A stretch of 63,822 bases of DNA, the filler included, from Olpidium bornovanus S191 (Eukaryota > Fungi > Olpidiomycota): the NCBI GenBank assembly GCA_017911155.1. It is 27 parts of 27 records of this genome, joined end to end, with 100 filler letters (N's around TTAATTAATTAA, not from the genome) between each part and the next. Parts side by side here need not be neighbours in the genome. Positions count along the whole stretch, not along the records: positions 9,425 to 11,400 come from JAEFCI010006606.1; positions 11,501 to 13,671 come from JAEFCI010010760.1; positions 13,772 to 14,780 come from JAEFCI010000147.1; positions 14,881 to 20,886 come from JAEFCI010005316.1; positions 20,987 to 22,943 come from JAEFCI010006556.1; positions 23,044 to 25,094 come from JAEFCI010010140.1; 21 more parts are not named here. The stretch is one strand, 5' to 3'. Position numbers and translations under genes: made by a program. Shown in pieces: positions 10,392 to 23,143 of this stretch. The notes beneath the pieces were generated by a model. It had not been told where the DNA came from, made no database searches, and was given only the letters and a program-made list of their open reading frames with translations. Every line of letters begins with the position of its first letter. Position 1 is the first letter of the stretch.

Positions 10392-12267
10392 GACTGTCAT
10401 TCGGCAGTTCAAAATTTTGTGGGCCCAGTCGGAATCTCCACCCCCCACCCTCCACCCCCCACCAGCGTGGAAACAAGCCGATCGATTCCTCCCCAGAAAA
10501 GTTGGACTGTATACGGGAAAAAAAAAACTTTTGCAAAGGGTGGATCTGTTGAGGATCGTAACCGCCAGGGTCGGTTTTATCGATGGCCGCGAGTGTAAGG
10601 CGATTTGCTGCGGGTGATCATCCGATTCCGGCGCGGTTTCGAGCGACGGATAGAGGGAAATGGGGATGCCGGGGTTGACTTCGTCGCACTCCCGGCGCTT
10701 CGTCATCAGACGGGGCCAGACTCGTCACCGTCGGACTTGTTCCTTGCCCATTCATTCTCGTCGTCTGAGGGTCGACGCCGCAGGGCCTCTGACCCAAAGA
10801 CCGCACAGTCTTGCGGCGGGTTTGACCGCGCGCGCGTGCCCCGTACCGCAACGTTTCGCCGTGCACACAGGCCGCACGCCCTCAACGGCTAAGTTCGGCT
10901 TCCCCGTGGCGGCGCTTCCGTACCCAACCCACGCCCACCCGCCGGCTTTCACAAGGAGCGCGCGCATCTCGCCGCCTTCCCCGCCACACCCTTCCCCTCT
11001 CCTCCTCCTCCCAAAGTTTTTTTTTTGTTTTTATATATAAAAAAAAAAAAAACAGTCGAAAGCCCCACGTCTCCGTCTCCAGAAAGAAAGGTTCACACGC
11101 AGCGCAAGATCGCCCAGCCCGTCCGTTTTCCCCTCCCTCAGAAACAAAAAAAAAACCAAACGTTCTTCACTTCCCCCCCCCAAAACACGTGTCGGCCCAC
11201 CAGCTAAACTAAAGGGGGACCAACATAGATGCTGTGATAAATATAAACTATATCAGTCTGAATCTGATTATATCATTTACATGAAGATATTACTCAAGGT
11301 ATAAGATGTAACCAATTAAGATTTAAACATTAAGATACTAATTATAGCGGGAAAGCTAATGTAACTATATCAGGTTCAAATCTTAATGTACCCTCCCCAA
11401 NNNNNNNNNNNNNNNNNNNNNNNNNNNNNNNNNNNNNNNNNNNNTTAATTAATTAANNNNNNNNNNNNNNNNNNNNNNNNNNNNNNNNNNNNNNNNNNNN
11501 CATGCTTGTGCTTTGGAGAACGTGTCATTTGTTCCACGGGACCTTGCACTCGACAAGTCGTTTCCACCGGCGGATTTTTTTTCGGCTTTGCTTTTTGACA
11601 GAGCGTGACCTTGCGGAGTTCGCTGTAAACAAAAACGCGTATGCGGCATCCAAAAAAAAATACAGGAGGAGAAGGGCTGCAATCATAGACAAAACTGCCT
11701 GCGAAGGACATCAAGCCTGTATCTTGGCATCGTAGTCTACTTGAGTCTGTTCCCTTCGTCATCAGTCCGAAACTTTTCGCGCCAGACGGAGCAGCATCCC
11801 GGTTATCCATTCTGCCAATTTATGCGCAATCTTTGCTCTGGCAACTGAACCGCGGCTTCCCTGTCTCTCGTTCATCGTCAGAACCAGAGTGCTGGTTCCT
11901 TTTAACGTGGAACCGCTTTCAATCCTTTGGTTCGCGGTTTCGTCAATGCTCACATGCTATCGAGCGACGCCTCCATCGACAACAAACAGTTGGATTTTGC
12001 GGCTGGAGCTGCCGCACCTTTTTAACGGAGAACAAACTTACTCTAGAGGGTTACAGAGTCCTCTTTCTCTGTGAACGAAACAAACCTGCTTTGCAGCCGG
12101 AGAGGACCTTCCCGCGGAAGGCAGGGGACACGCTTCTGCCGCCCCCGTCCGGACCGCCCCGGTTTCACGCCCTTCTCTCGCGCGCGCGCAGCCCGGTTCC
12201 CCGCACGCAGCCTTTCGCCCCTGCGGCTCTCTCTGCCCCGGAGGCCGCCCCTGCTCGCCCGCCTGGA

Positions 12268-13671
12268 ATGGCGTTCTCGCCGGAGGCAGCGCTAGCTGGA
12301 TCTGACCGCGGCCGAGAACGCGCCGCCGCGACCTCCGCGGCGCCGCTGCTGGCCGCGGCGGACTTCTCCGATCCGCACTTTGATCTGAAGCGGTGCATCA
12401 ACTCGGCGCTGCGCCGCGCCGAAGCGGACGGGCAGCCGGAAGCCGGCGGGGCCGCGGAGGAGCGCGCGGCGCGCGTCCTGCGCGCCGCCCAGCACCTGTC
12501 GGAGAAGGTCGCCGGCGAGCTGGACGCGCTGAGCGAGCGGGCCGCGAAGAGCGCGCCGAGGGTGCTGCTTGACCTCGAGTTCCTGCGGAGGGAGGCGGCC
12601 GCCGCGCGGGCCCGCGTGCAGGCCGTCCGGAGCGAGCTCGACGACCGGGAGCGCGACGCGGGCCCCGCCTTCCGGTACCTCCGGGACCTCGACCTGGTCA
12701 AGTCGCGCATGGAGGCGGCGCGCTGCAGCCTCCGGGAAGCACAGAACTGGAGCAACTTGGCGGACGAGGTGGACTCCATCCTCGGCTCCGGGGAGGCCGA
12801 GAAGGCCGGCGCGCGCCTGGCCGAGGCCCGCAAGTCGCTCGTCGTCTTCGCGAACACGCCGGAGTACGGGGACCGCAGGGCGCTCCTCCGCGCGATGCAG
12901 AACCGCCTGGAGCAGAGCTTGAGGCCGCAGGTCGCGGCGTGTCTGCGCGACCACGACACCGAAGCGTACCGCCGCTTTGCGGCCATCTTCGACCAGATCG
13001 AAAAAGGGCAGGAGTTCGCTCGGCTCCATTTCCGCTCGAGGGAGCAGCACGTGCTGGAACTCTGGAAGGCCCTCGTGGACGCGCTCCAAGCGCAGCTGGC
13101 TCAGTTCGAGCGCCGTCAGCAACAAAGCGCCGCCTTGCTGTCCTCCACGGAGAAGGATATGTCGGCTTTCGTCGACGAGTTGTTCGTCGTCGTCGGCGAA
13201 GAGGTTGCCTGGTGCCGCGCGATCGGAATGGACCCTCGCGCCTTCGTCACCGAATTCACCAGAATTCTGTTCACAGACATGAATCCGTCCTTGGGAAACG
13301 TCCTGAGGGACGTCGCGGACAAGTGCGGGAAGGCGAGCTTTCTGCTGCTTGTCAACATCTACGAGGTTTTCGAGGATTTTGGGATCAACCTGGAGCGGCT
13401 GTTGACGTCTCCGGCGGGCGCTGCCGGCAGCGCGGCAGACACTTCGTCGCCGGAAGCGACCGAGATTCCGACCGCCGTGTACGGATGGGGCGGCTTCGTG
13501 TACGAGCCGTTTCTTCCTCACCAGCTGATGTACGGGGATTGGGAGCGCCGCATGCTCGACACGCAAGTTCGGAGGCACCTTGAGAAGCTCCGCCAACTTC
13601 TCGGCGACCCGGCGGTCTCCTCCGGCCCGTTGGAAATAGCGCACCACCTCACAAGCAAGCTGATCCCGAAA
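12268..13671 (+). CDS. COG7: Conserved oligomeric Golgi complex subunit 7-like, 3' partial, long first exon
   Basis: FSDPHFDLKRCINSAL, LDLVKSRMEAARCSLREAQNWSNL and RALLRAMQNRLEQ match the COG7 N-terminus. Confidence 0.85.
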
Positions 13672-14678
13672 NNNNNNNNNNNNNNNNNNNNNNNNNNNNN
13701 NNNNNNNNNNNNNNNTTAATTAATTAANNNNNNNNNNNNNNNNNNNNNNNNNNNNNNNNNNNNNNNNNNNNAGTGTGCCCTCAGTGCCAGGCGATTACCA
13801 GCGCCGCTGACCTCCGGAGGGTTTACGTATAGTCGATTCCTTTATGGAAAGTTCAAAATCTATCTCCGGCGAGTGTGACCGGCGTCGTCTGTAATCAGCC
13901 GTCGTTCGGTGCAGGTCATTTTGCAAGCGTCGGCTTCGATGCGATGAAATTGGTTGCACCGAGGTGGCGGGCAACTCGTTGAAAAATCGCGGGAACGGCG
14001 GCGGAGCCAGGGCGACGGAGCACACAATGGAAATCCTCACTGCTGTGCAATATCGGACATTTTTTGAATACATTGAAACGCATTGTGATGCCAGACCTGT
14101 CCCTCCTCCGGCCGCCCTGCTTGCCGGCGAGAGAGCGTGTGATCGTTCCCGTCTTGTTCTTGCCAGCCGAGATTTGCGTCGTGTCTGGCCTCCACGGCTG
14201 GCGCCTAGGAGGAGGAGACGTCTGCAACGCGTTTGCGGAGCGCTGCGAGGAAGACTAACGGGCGGCACAAGTTACAGGAAAAGACAAGGCAAGAAAAAAA
14301 CTTTTCCCCAAGGAGGAGAGATCACTTGCGACTTTCCAACCGGGCGGGGGCATCGATCGGGAGGAGGCGGAGAGCGCCACAGCGCGAAAAGGCTTGAAAG
14401 CAACGGGGCTTCCCCCCCATCCGCCGCCGCCGCCTACGCGCCCCAAAACGTCCGTCCGTCCGTCCCGTCCGCCCTCGATGCTGCCGCCTCCTTCCTTCCG
14501 GCCAACAGTCGAAGCCTGGCGAAGCCCGGCGACGGAAAGGAAGCCCCGGAGGAAAAGCTTCCCGCACCCCCCGGCGACCCGGAGACCAAAAAGGAAACCG
14601 CAATAAAACTCCGCCTCCGCCTTCGCGCGCGCGCGTCCGCAGCAAGGGAAAGGAAGGCCACGGGGTTTTGGCCCCCCC

Positions 14679-14741
<63 letters not shown>

Positions 14742-14880
14742 CCCCCCCCCGCCGCCCCCCCCCCCCCGCCCCCGCGCCCCNNNNNNNNNNNNNNNNNNNN
14801 NNNNNNNNNNNNNNNNNNNNNNNNTTAATTAATTAANNNNNNNNNNNNNNNNNNNNNNNNNNNNNNNNNNNNNNNNNNNN

Positions 14881-16790
14881 CATGCCCGAACGTTCGGCTT
14901 GGCGTAGGAGACCTGTCGACGACTGTGAACGTTTTCATTCAGGACGGTCTGGAGTACCCGCTGTAGAGGAAAAACCGTTTTCCCTTTTTACGGCAGTAAG
15001 AGCGGCAACCGCTGGGGTCATTGGACCGGCACAATTAGAAGCTACTGCTGCTCAATTCTCCAAAGGATGTCCCTTTTTCGCAATTCTGGGCCTCAGCGGC
15101 GAGAATTGCTCCGGCGGGCGCAGAGGAGAGCTTTTTCCTTGATTCTCTTTTCGCGAGGTGTTTTGGGGGTTCTCTGGGAATCTGCTTTTTAAGGTGGGAC
15201 GAGGGCTAGTCTACCTTCCGTATAACCTGCCCGCCAACGCGTCTGCCGTTTCGATGGCATCACCATGCGATGTTATGTCACTTTCGTTCACCACATTGCT
15301 TGTCCTCGCCCTTGTCTTGCTTCTTGTGATTGCTTCGGTCATGTCACCTTCGCCCTTCGCGACTTCAAATTTGGCTCACAATAAATCCAAATAAAGTCAG
15401 CCACAAACGTCATCGATAACCTTCCTACGGCAACTTGTGGTGGACGGTGTATTCCTGCATCAGCTCTTTCCATACTACCAACAATCCCTTCTCGGCTTTC
15501 CCTGCCGCTCCTCCGTTTATTGCTTTGGGTCAGAGAATAAACTCGAGCCTTCGGAGCGCGCCACCATGAGCGGCCGTCTAAACACCCCTTTCACCTGGAT
15601 TTTCTCACGTCAGCCTGCTTTTCTCTTCCACACCGTTTATTATGGGCCAGACATGGTTGATGGCGGTACGAATGGGAATGCAATGTTGGCTGGACGGGTT
15701 CGAGCGCGCATGGCTCTTGAGTGCAAATGGGACGCAAATCCGGTGCTGGATCGCCGTCGATGCCAATGAAGCCCAGAGTCGGTTCACACGGGACGGCAGG
15801 ACAGCTTGACACGATGGGAAGGACGAGGTAAGTGATAGCGCCGCAGATTTTCGGGGGCGGCGGTCGGAGTAAGGGGCCAGGCCGTCTCGAAAGTTACTGC
15901 CTCAGGGGCACCGCGGGAAAGACGGGACCGAGCGGGCAATCGACGTCGCCGGCGGTTACACGCTTCTTTGCGATTGGTTGAACGATGTTGGACTCACCTA
16001 GACTCTACGGCGCGATGAAAGGCCAGTTTGGGCGACACCTACGAACCAGTGGCATGGAAGAAATGGAGGGGGAGGCGGACCGAAGTGCATGGGGCGCGTA
16101 CGAGGAAGTGTTTACGGAGACCATAGATAAAACGTCTGGAGGAGGCGCTTCGAAGAGGGCAGGATCAGGGCGTTGTCCGCCTTGGCTCGATAGGCAAAAT
16201 CACTGCCTTCGACGACATCCTTCGATGGGTCCAGGAAACACCGACCGTACGGGTCCACGCCGCGTATGAACCAGTGGCGAAGAAGATCCCTCCGGCCGCG
16301 GAGGAGTTGCCTCCAGGGGCGCACGATTGCATTGAACGCGCGCGCAAGGAGCCTCGACTGCGTCCGCTTAGTGCCATCAAGCATCGATTTACCGCCGAGA
16401 CACTTGCAGCGCTCCGGCTGGGTACAGACGGTCTGCTGACCGAGGCGGAGACCGTGTTGTTGCAAGAAAAGATCCAGCCGCTCGGCAAGGCGTTCGCCTT
16501 TGACGACGATGAGCCGGGGTCCGTCGATTCCAAGGTCGTCGCTAAAAAAAACTGATGGTAATATTCACAACTGATAACGCGGCGTGGAGACTGAAGCCAT
16601 TATCACCAAAGTAAGGCGAATGTAAATCCCTAAATTGGAGTTGAATGAGATTCGAACCATAACGAATCGATTGATTCCGCGAGCTCACTACGATAAACTC
16701 CTCGACCTCTTGCGCATCCGAATCCAGGACCCGGCGCAAGGCCCTTACGCAAACAGATGGTTCTCGGTGCCGTGAACACGGCGACCATAT
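14881..16790 (+). mobile_element. Degenerate Ty3/gypsy pol remnant (protease, linker, start of RT)
   Basis: MVDGGTNGNAM (protease-like), RFTAETLAALRLG...KAFAFDDDEPG, MVIFTTDNAAWRLKP and IPRAHYDKLLDLL...PAQGPYANRWFSVP resemble fungal gypsy pre-RT/RT sequence, broken by frameshifts and stops. Confidence 0.8.
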
Positions 16791-17115
16791 ACAATTCGGA
16801 AGTGGGCCCCATTCCCGATGGCTATGTGGGGGCTCTTTGCGGCGCGTGCCATATATTCTGAACTCTTCTCTGGCTCGCCGCAGAGGTGGCTGGGGTGCCG
16901 GCAGAAGCGGTCCCGCCGTCGACGCCGAGCCAGCCTGGAGCACGCTTGAACGACCGACACGCCGGCGCGAGAAATCGCGGCGGCGCTCGGCGGGGGCCTC
17001 CCGTTCCCTCCCTCCGCAACCCCCCCCCCCACTCGCCCCGCCAGAAACACCTGACGCCCCGCCCAACTGCCGGTTGAAAACACCCTGCCCGCCGTTTCCG
17101 TCCCCCGACGCCCAT

Positions 17116-19400
17116 ATGTCGAAGAAGCGCAGCAAGGACCAGCAGCCGCGCGGCAGCCCGGCCGCGCCCGACGACTCTGCGCGGAAGCGTCCGCGGCGGA
17201 GCAGCAGCACCGCCGCCGGGGCGCCGCGGTCGGCGAAGGGCACCGCCCCCTCGCGAAGGCCCGCCGCGCAGAACGAGGCGAAGCCCGCCGAAAAGAAGGG
17301 CCGGATAGAGCAGCCGGAGCTGTCCGCGGAAGTCCTGGGCAGGTTGCCCAAGTACGCGCGGGGGCAAGGCAACAGCACGAAGGTGTGCAGAATCGGGCGA
17401 CGCGGGGAGGAGGAGGAGGAGGAGGAGGAGGGGCCGAGGAAGAGAGCGACAGAGAGACGACACGAGGGCCCTGAACCTCCTCACCGACGGCAGCGGTCCG
17501 GCGACCGCCGCCCGCGGCTGCGGGATGGGGGCGGCTGTTTGTATGTGGTGCAGAACGGCGCACGACGTTATCTGACTGCCCGCTAAATGCGCGCCCCGCG
17601 GTTCCGGGGTTGTTGTTTTCTGCAGAAAGTGACCGACAAAAAGTTGAAGGCGAACCTGAACAAGGCCGAGGTCAGGTTCGATGACGCGGCGAAGAGAGCT
17701 GCCCGTGCCGAGGTGTTGCTGACCGAGGAAGCCGGGTTCCTCGAAGCCGAGGGGATGGAACGCACCTACAAGTTCACCCAGAAGCAGCTCTCGGAGCATT
17801 TGGACGTTGGGACCAAGAAGAAGGTGAAGGCGGACGCCGCGGCGCGGGTGCATCGGTGCCCGCCCAATGTTCCGGGGCTGCCGGCTTTGTGTCCCTGCGC
17901 TGACTACGACTTGCAATCTCCGGCCCAACAAAGCTCCTCAACCTGCGCCTAGACACTTTCGGTCCGTATAACCTCGACTTCACGCGAAACGGGCGTCACA
18001 TGCTCGTCGCCGGCCGAAAAGGGCACGTCGCCACGTTTGACTGGCACATGGGGCGACTGGCAAGCGAGATCCAACTGAAGGAGACCGTGCGGGACGCAGT
18101 GTATGTTGCATGACATGAGCGCTCACCGGTCGGGCTACCACCGCGCGTTTTTTTTTTTTTTTTTTTTTTTTTGCTTGAGCGACGTGAGAAGCACAGTGGG
18201 CCAGGCGGGTCGGACAAAGGGGTTGACACTGGATTCCCGCGAAACGTCCGTCAGATGGCTGCACAATGAAATGTACCACGCCGTCGCGCAAAAGAAGTAT
18301 GTGTACATCTACGACCACAGGGGTGCCGAAATCCACTGCCTGAAAAAGCATATTGAAGTCAACAAGATGCAGTTTCTGCCGTACCACTTCCTGCTGGCGT
18401 CAGTAGTAAGTGCTGGGATACGAGGGTGCTGGTCTAGATTTGGTCTAAAACGTGCACGTCCCGCTGAGCTGGGTCTGTATTTTTATTTAGGGTAACGCGG
18501 GATATTTGAAGTATCAAGACACCTCTACAGGCCAGCTCGTGGCGGAGCATAGAACAAGGTTGGGCCGATGTGACACGATGACGCAGAACCCGACGAACGC
18601 GATTATCCACCTTGGGCACGCTAATGGTTAGTCCTGCGTGCTGTGCCATACAGTTACGAGCAGGCGGGGCCGTAAGCGCGTGGCGTGCTCATCTCCAGTA
18701 TTTATTTAGGGACCGTTACCTTGTGGTCGCCATCGGTATCGACGCCGCTTGTTAAAATGCTTACGCACAAGGGCCCCGTCAATGCCGTCGCCGTTGACCT
18801 CTCCGGAAAGTACATGGTCACATCAGGGTTTGACGGAAACCTCAACATATGGGACTTGCGGACGTACAAGCAACTCCAATACTACTTCACGCCGACGCCT
18901 GCGGCGTGTCTTTCCATCAGCCAACGAGGGCTGCTCGCCGTAGCGTACGGGCCGAACATAAGTGTACGTCGTCGCCTCGTGCAATAATTCACCGCAGGTC
19001 TGCAATCTGAAAGCGTTGTTGATTGAGCCGTGCAATTGCCCATATAACCGGCTCATTTGCAGGTTTGGAAGGAGCCATTTAGAACCAAACAGCTGTCGCC
19101 ATACATGAGTCATTTGCAACCAGGAACACGGGTAGAGGACATGCATTTCTGCCCGTTCGAGGACGTGCTGGGCTTCGGCCATTCGTCAGGCGTGAGCACC
19201 ATCGTCGTCCCGGGAGCCGGTGAGCCCAATTTCGACGCGCTGGAGGCCAACCCGTTCCAGACCGCCCGGCAGCGGCAGGAGGCCGAGGTCAAGGCGCTGC
19301 TGGACAAGATTCAGCCGGAAATGATCACCCTCGACCCGAACTTAGTTGGCAAAGTCGTCGAGGAAGCGAAACCTGTCCCGCAGGCAGAGAAGAGGAAGAG
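17116..19400 (+). CDS. UTP7: U3 snoRNP/SSU processome WD40 protein Utp7 (WDR46); exons 17116-17382, 17626-17823, 17934-18100, 18255-18405, 18491-18626, 18710-18963, 19063-19400; terminal exon unresolved
   Basis: [86 protein letters not shown] and [10 protein letters not shown]. Confidence 0.95.
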
Positions 19401-20679
19401 GTAGGGCCACATCCCCACGATCTTTTGTCGCGCACGTGACAGTGCGCCGCCCGGTGCGTGCACCATCCCTTCCCTCCTCCCTTCCGGCGCTCTGACCATT
19501 GCGAAAGTGAAATACAGAAAGCGAAGCCATTTCCGGTTTGCCCTGGAAAATAGTTTATTGTAGGCGTCTTTATTTTTTTAGAATAGCAACGTGACTCGCG
19601 GATCGAAGCCGTGACGGGCGTCGGTGCGCCCCCCGGAAACCGCCTTGGCTGGGTTTGGGATCAGAGCCGTTGGACATAACTGTGACGTCATTGACGTTGC
19701 AGTGCGACTGCTGTTCGTGCGGGGCACAGCCCAGCGCGATTTTCGTTGAGGTTCAATGGAGTTGCCGGTGGAAGAAAAACAATGTGAGGATCCACATTTG
19801 AAAAAGCAGTTAGCTTTGCGGTATGAAAAATGCTCCTACCCCGCAAGCACCAGGTCACAACTATTTTGCTACAAGACCGGGAGATCCGAGCGCCACCACG
19901 CACGGCGAGGGGGATACCAGCGATCAATTGCGGACGGATGATTACTGCCCGACCACCTTTCGGCGCTTCCCGTCTTTTCGGAGAGTAGACTGGAAAGCCG
20001 ACCACTTACTCACTGTGTGTGTGTGTGTGGGGGGGGGTGGGGGGGAACGAGGGTGGTTGACTACCATTCTGTTGGCGATCATCTCCTGTCTGCTGCACTT
20101 TTTCATCGTTCGTGTGCCTTTCCTTCCGACGCAGTTACAGATGACGAACGATCCACAGGGGTTCACGGGATCACCCCGCCGTCTCCCCCCCCCCTCCCCC
20201 CCCCCCCCCCCCCCCCCCCATTCCTTCCTCCTCCCGCCCTACCCTTGCTCGCGGCCGCAGGAGCAACGGTTCCCGCTTGCCGCGTCCAGCGAATTACTCG
20301 TTTCACGCGCTGCTCACCGCACCGCGTGTTTGGCGCGTCGTGTGACGCAGCGCTGGTGCTGAGTGCGCAGGCCGTCTTCTCGCCTGCCGTGAACCGTACG
20401 GTACAAAGATGCGATCTGCGAGTCACGTGATCATCGAAGGTTGTTCAGATATGCGCCCTCGTTTTTGCCCCCCCCCCCCTTTTTCTTTTTCTTTTTGACT
20501 GCCCGGCACCTCCCTGCTGTAACCGTCAACCATAACAAATACACGAGAGAACGTTGAGCTGAACGTAACAGATTAAGAGTCTCAGCCTCTCCGCTGAGGA
20601 ACCCATCTGCCGCTTCAAGCGTCGTCGCCGTCGCCGTCGCCGCTCACCGACACCGTCGCTCACGGCGCGAGAGCCGCCG

Positions 20680-20886
20680 CCACTGGACGGAAGCCGTCCG
20701 GCACGGGAGACGTGGGAGAAGCCGCAACTGGACGGAAGCCGTCCGGCGCGGCACACGGAGCTCGGGAGACGCAAGAGCCGCACGGAAGCCGTCCGGCTCG
20801 GGAGACGCGGGAGAAGCCGCCACTGGACGGAAGCCGTCCGGCGCGGCACGCGGAGCTCGGGAGACGCAAGAGCCGAACGGAAGCCG
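20680..20886. repeat. Higher-order minisatellite (45+50 = 95-bp period) built on a GGACGG-AAG-CCGTCC hairpin core; runs into the contig end
   Basis: Core GGAAGCCG starts at 20689, 20734, 20784, 20829, 20879. Confidence 0.9.
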
Positions 20887-21023
20887 NNNNNNNNNNNNNN
20901 NNNNNNNNNNNNNNNNNNNNNNNNNNNNNNTTAATTAATTAANNNNNNNNNNNNNNNNNNNNNNNNNNNNNNNNNNNNNNNNNNNNGGTCACGTGATCGC
21001 CCTGTGCAAGACGTCCCCCCTTC

Positions 21024-21066
<43 letters not shown>

Positions 21067-21163
21067 TTTCCCGTCTTTCTATTTACGCGGGCGCCCACCG
21101 GCCGCCCCTCCCTCCCCCTTCCCCCCCCCCTCCTCTCTTTCTCCTGGCTCCCGCGCCGGGCAG

Positions 21164-22928
21164 CTCTGGCGCCGAAATACAAGGTGGTGGCGCGAAATCT
21201 CCAAGGGAAAGTCAGAGTCGGCGGCGTCAACTGCGACGAAAAATCAAACGCGGGGCTGTGCCAAAAGTACCAGATCGAGGGTACGGAATGGGTTTCGCTC
21301 CTTACGAAGGACAAAAAAAAAGAATAAAACGCCCGTGTTTTTTTGTTAAAAGAGCGGAAGGGGGGCGAGGATTTACGAATCTCGGTCGGTTGGAACCACC
21401 CTTGGCCACCTTCACTTCCAACCCCCCCCCTCTCTCTCTCCCCGCCCCCCTCCTTCCAGGTTTCCCGACCATCAAAATATTTCCGGGCGCATCGTCGACT
21501 CCGGACAAAGAGGGCAAGTTCGCAAACTTCAAAGTTCCGCAAAGTACGTTTTTTTATTTGGGGGGTGGGGGGGGCGGTTTTCACGCTGGTGGTCAAGTCG
21601 GTGTATTTATGGCCAGCTGACTTCTGTTCGTAAACTTCTCCCGCAGATTATGACGGGGACCGGACGGCAAGCGCTATTGAAAACTTCGCTGTCAAGTTTA
21701 TTCCGTCGTACGTTGTGCTTGTCTCCTCCCAAGCGACAGCCAGCAAGAAAAGCATGGGGATAGATGCGTTTTTGGTAAGCGCCGTTTCAAAAATGCCAAG
21801 AGCTTAGACTCCCTGTATTCAACACACGCCTCCTATTTTGCGCGCTGTTTTTGGAATCCCAAATTCACGGCAGGAAAGCAACCTACCTAAAGCTCTACTA
21901 TTCACGGAAAAGGCCGCCACGTCGCCTCTGTTTAAAGCGCTGTCGGTCGATTTCCACCATCGGATGCTTCTGGGGGAGGTCCGCCGGCCGGCCGCGGACC
22001 TCGAGAAGAACTTCGGCGTCACAAAATTCCCAACTCTTCTCGCGTTCGCGAAAGGGGAATCTTTGCCCACCGCGTATGACGGTGCGCGCCGTTCGCCGCG
22101 CTTGTCTCGCAGTTTCCGCCTTTTCCCCAGACACTCCCGGAGATCATTAATTGTCCTCCTCGGTTGCCCGCGACAGGCGCCATGGACCACCCGTCGCTGT
22201 TCGGTTTCCTGAAGAAATTCGCGCTTCCAGCATCTCCGCCGGCCGGCGGTAAGGGCGCCACCGAAGGCAAAAAACAAAAACAGCCTGAACGAAATACGGC
22301 GACAGCGGCGGAGCCTGAGCCATGTAAGATGATGCGGACGAGCTTCTTTTGCGTGCGGTCGTTTGCATCGATGCCACCATGCTCGGGAAACGGAATTGCC
22401 GACGCATCGCATCGCAATCCCCCCCCCTCCCTCCCAGTCGATCCGAGCATCCCGCAGATAGCCGCGCAGGAGGACCTCCGGTCCAGCTGCCTGGACGCAA
22501 GGGGCGTCTGCGTGTTAGCGTTCTCGGTGGTGGAGCCGGAATTCGAGGAATCGCTTCGCGCGCACAACGAAACTCTGCGGGTGCTTTCATCGGTGAAGCA
22601 GGATCTCCACTCGACGGGGTCGATGTCGCAGTTCCGGTTCTACTGGATCGACGCGCTGACGGAGTACAAACTCGCCGATGATTTCCGGCTGTCCGACAAC
22701 CGGCCGGCGCTCATGGCTCTCAACCCCCGCCGCTCAGCGTACCAGCCGTTCACCGGCGCTTTCGACGAGGAAGGGATCAAGCGGTGGCTCAATGACATCA
22801 CATCGAACAGAGGGAGGAGCTTCATGTATGACTTGGAGTTGAAGATGGCGGCGGAGTCGAAGAAGGGAGCAAGAGGGTCGACGGCGAACGAGGGTGGCCC
22901 GGCGACCATCAAAAAGGAAGAGCTGTGA
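21164..22928 (+). CDS. Protein disulfide isomerase family (Mpd1/PDIA6-like), 5' partial; exons 21164-21280, 21460-21543, 21647-21774, 21874-22081, 22177-22323, 22438-22928
   Basis: LAPKYKVVARNLQGKVRVGGVNCDE...LCQKYQIEGFPTIKIF, YDGDRTASAI and PKALLFTEK; C-terminal KEEL ER-retrieval signal. The CGHC active site lies off-contig. Confidence 0.88.
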
Positions 22929-23143
22929 TCGCAGAGCACCCACNNNNNNNNNNNNNNNNNNNNNNNNNNNNNNNNNNNNNNNNNNNNTTAATTAATTAAN
23001 NNNNNNNNNNNNNNNNNNNNNNNNNNNNNNNNNNNNNNNNNNNACTTACCTATTTTCCTCCCTCCGCCTCCTTTTTTCACCGTTCTTCGTGTTTGCCTAT
23101 CTTTTCAAAAACCGAAAAAAAAAATTACACAACACAAAAAAAG

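Noticed and set aside
10392-11200. Minus-strand ORF 10335-10706 as a gene
   Set aside because: No recognisable motif and no closable splice model; overlaps the OAT 3' end.
14680-14780. Long poly-C/poly-G tracts (also near 21025, 23675, 28830) as G-quadruplex systems
   Set aside because: Simple homopolymers at or near contig breaks; their lengths are unreliable in short-read assembly and no specific function can be supported.
13772-14780. ORFs on contig 6 (e.g. 13795-14268 minus, 13964 plus)
   Set aside because: Could not decide strand or frame or identify any family; left unannotated.
19656-19668. TGGGATCAGAGCC resembles the tRNA-iMet primer binding site TGGTATCAGAGCC
   Set aside because: One mismatch, no LTR end (CA) before it and no gag after it; likely chance.
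20680-20886. CRISPR-like palindromic repeats with regular spacing
   Set aside because: The spacers repeat (A-B-A-B), there are no cas genes, and the genome is eukaryotic; treated as a minisatellite.
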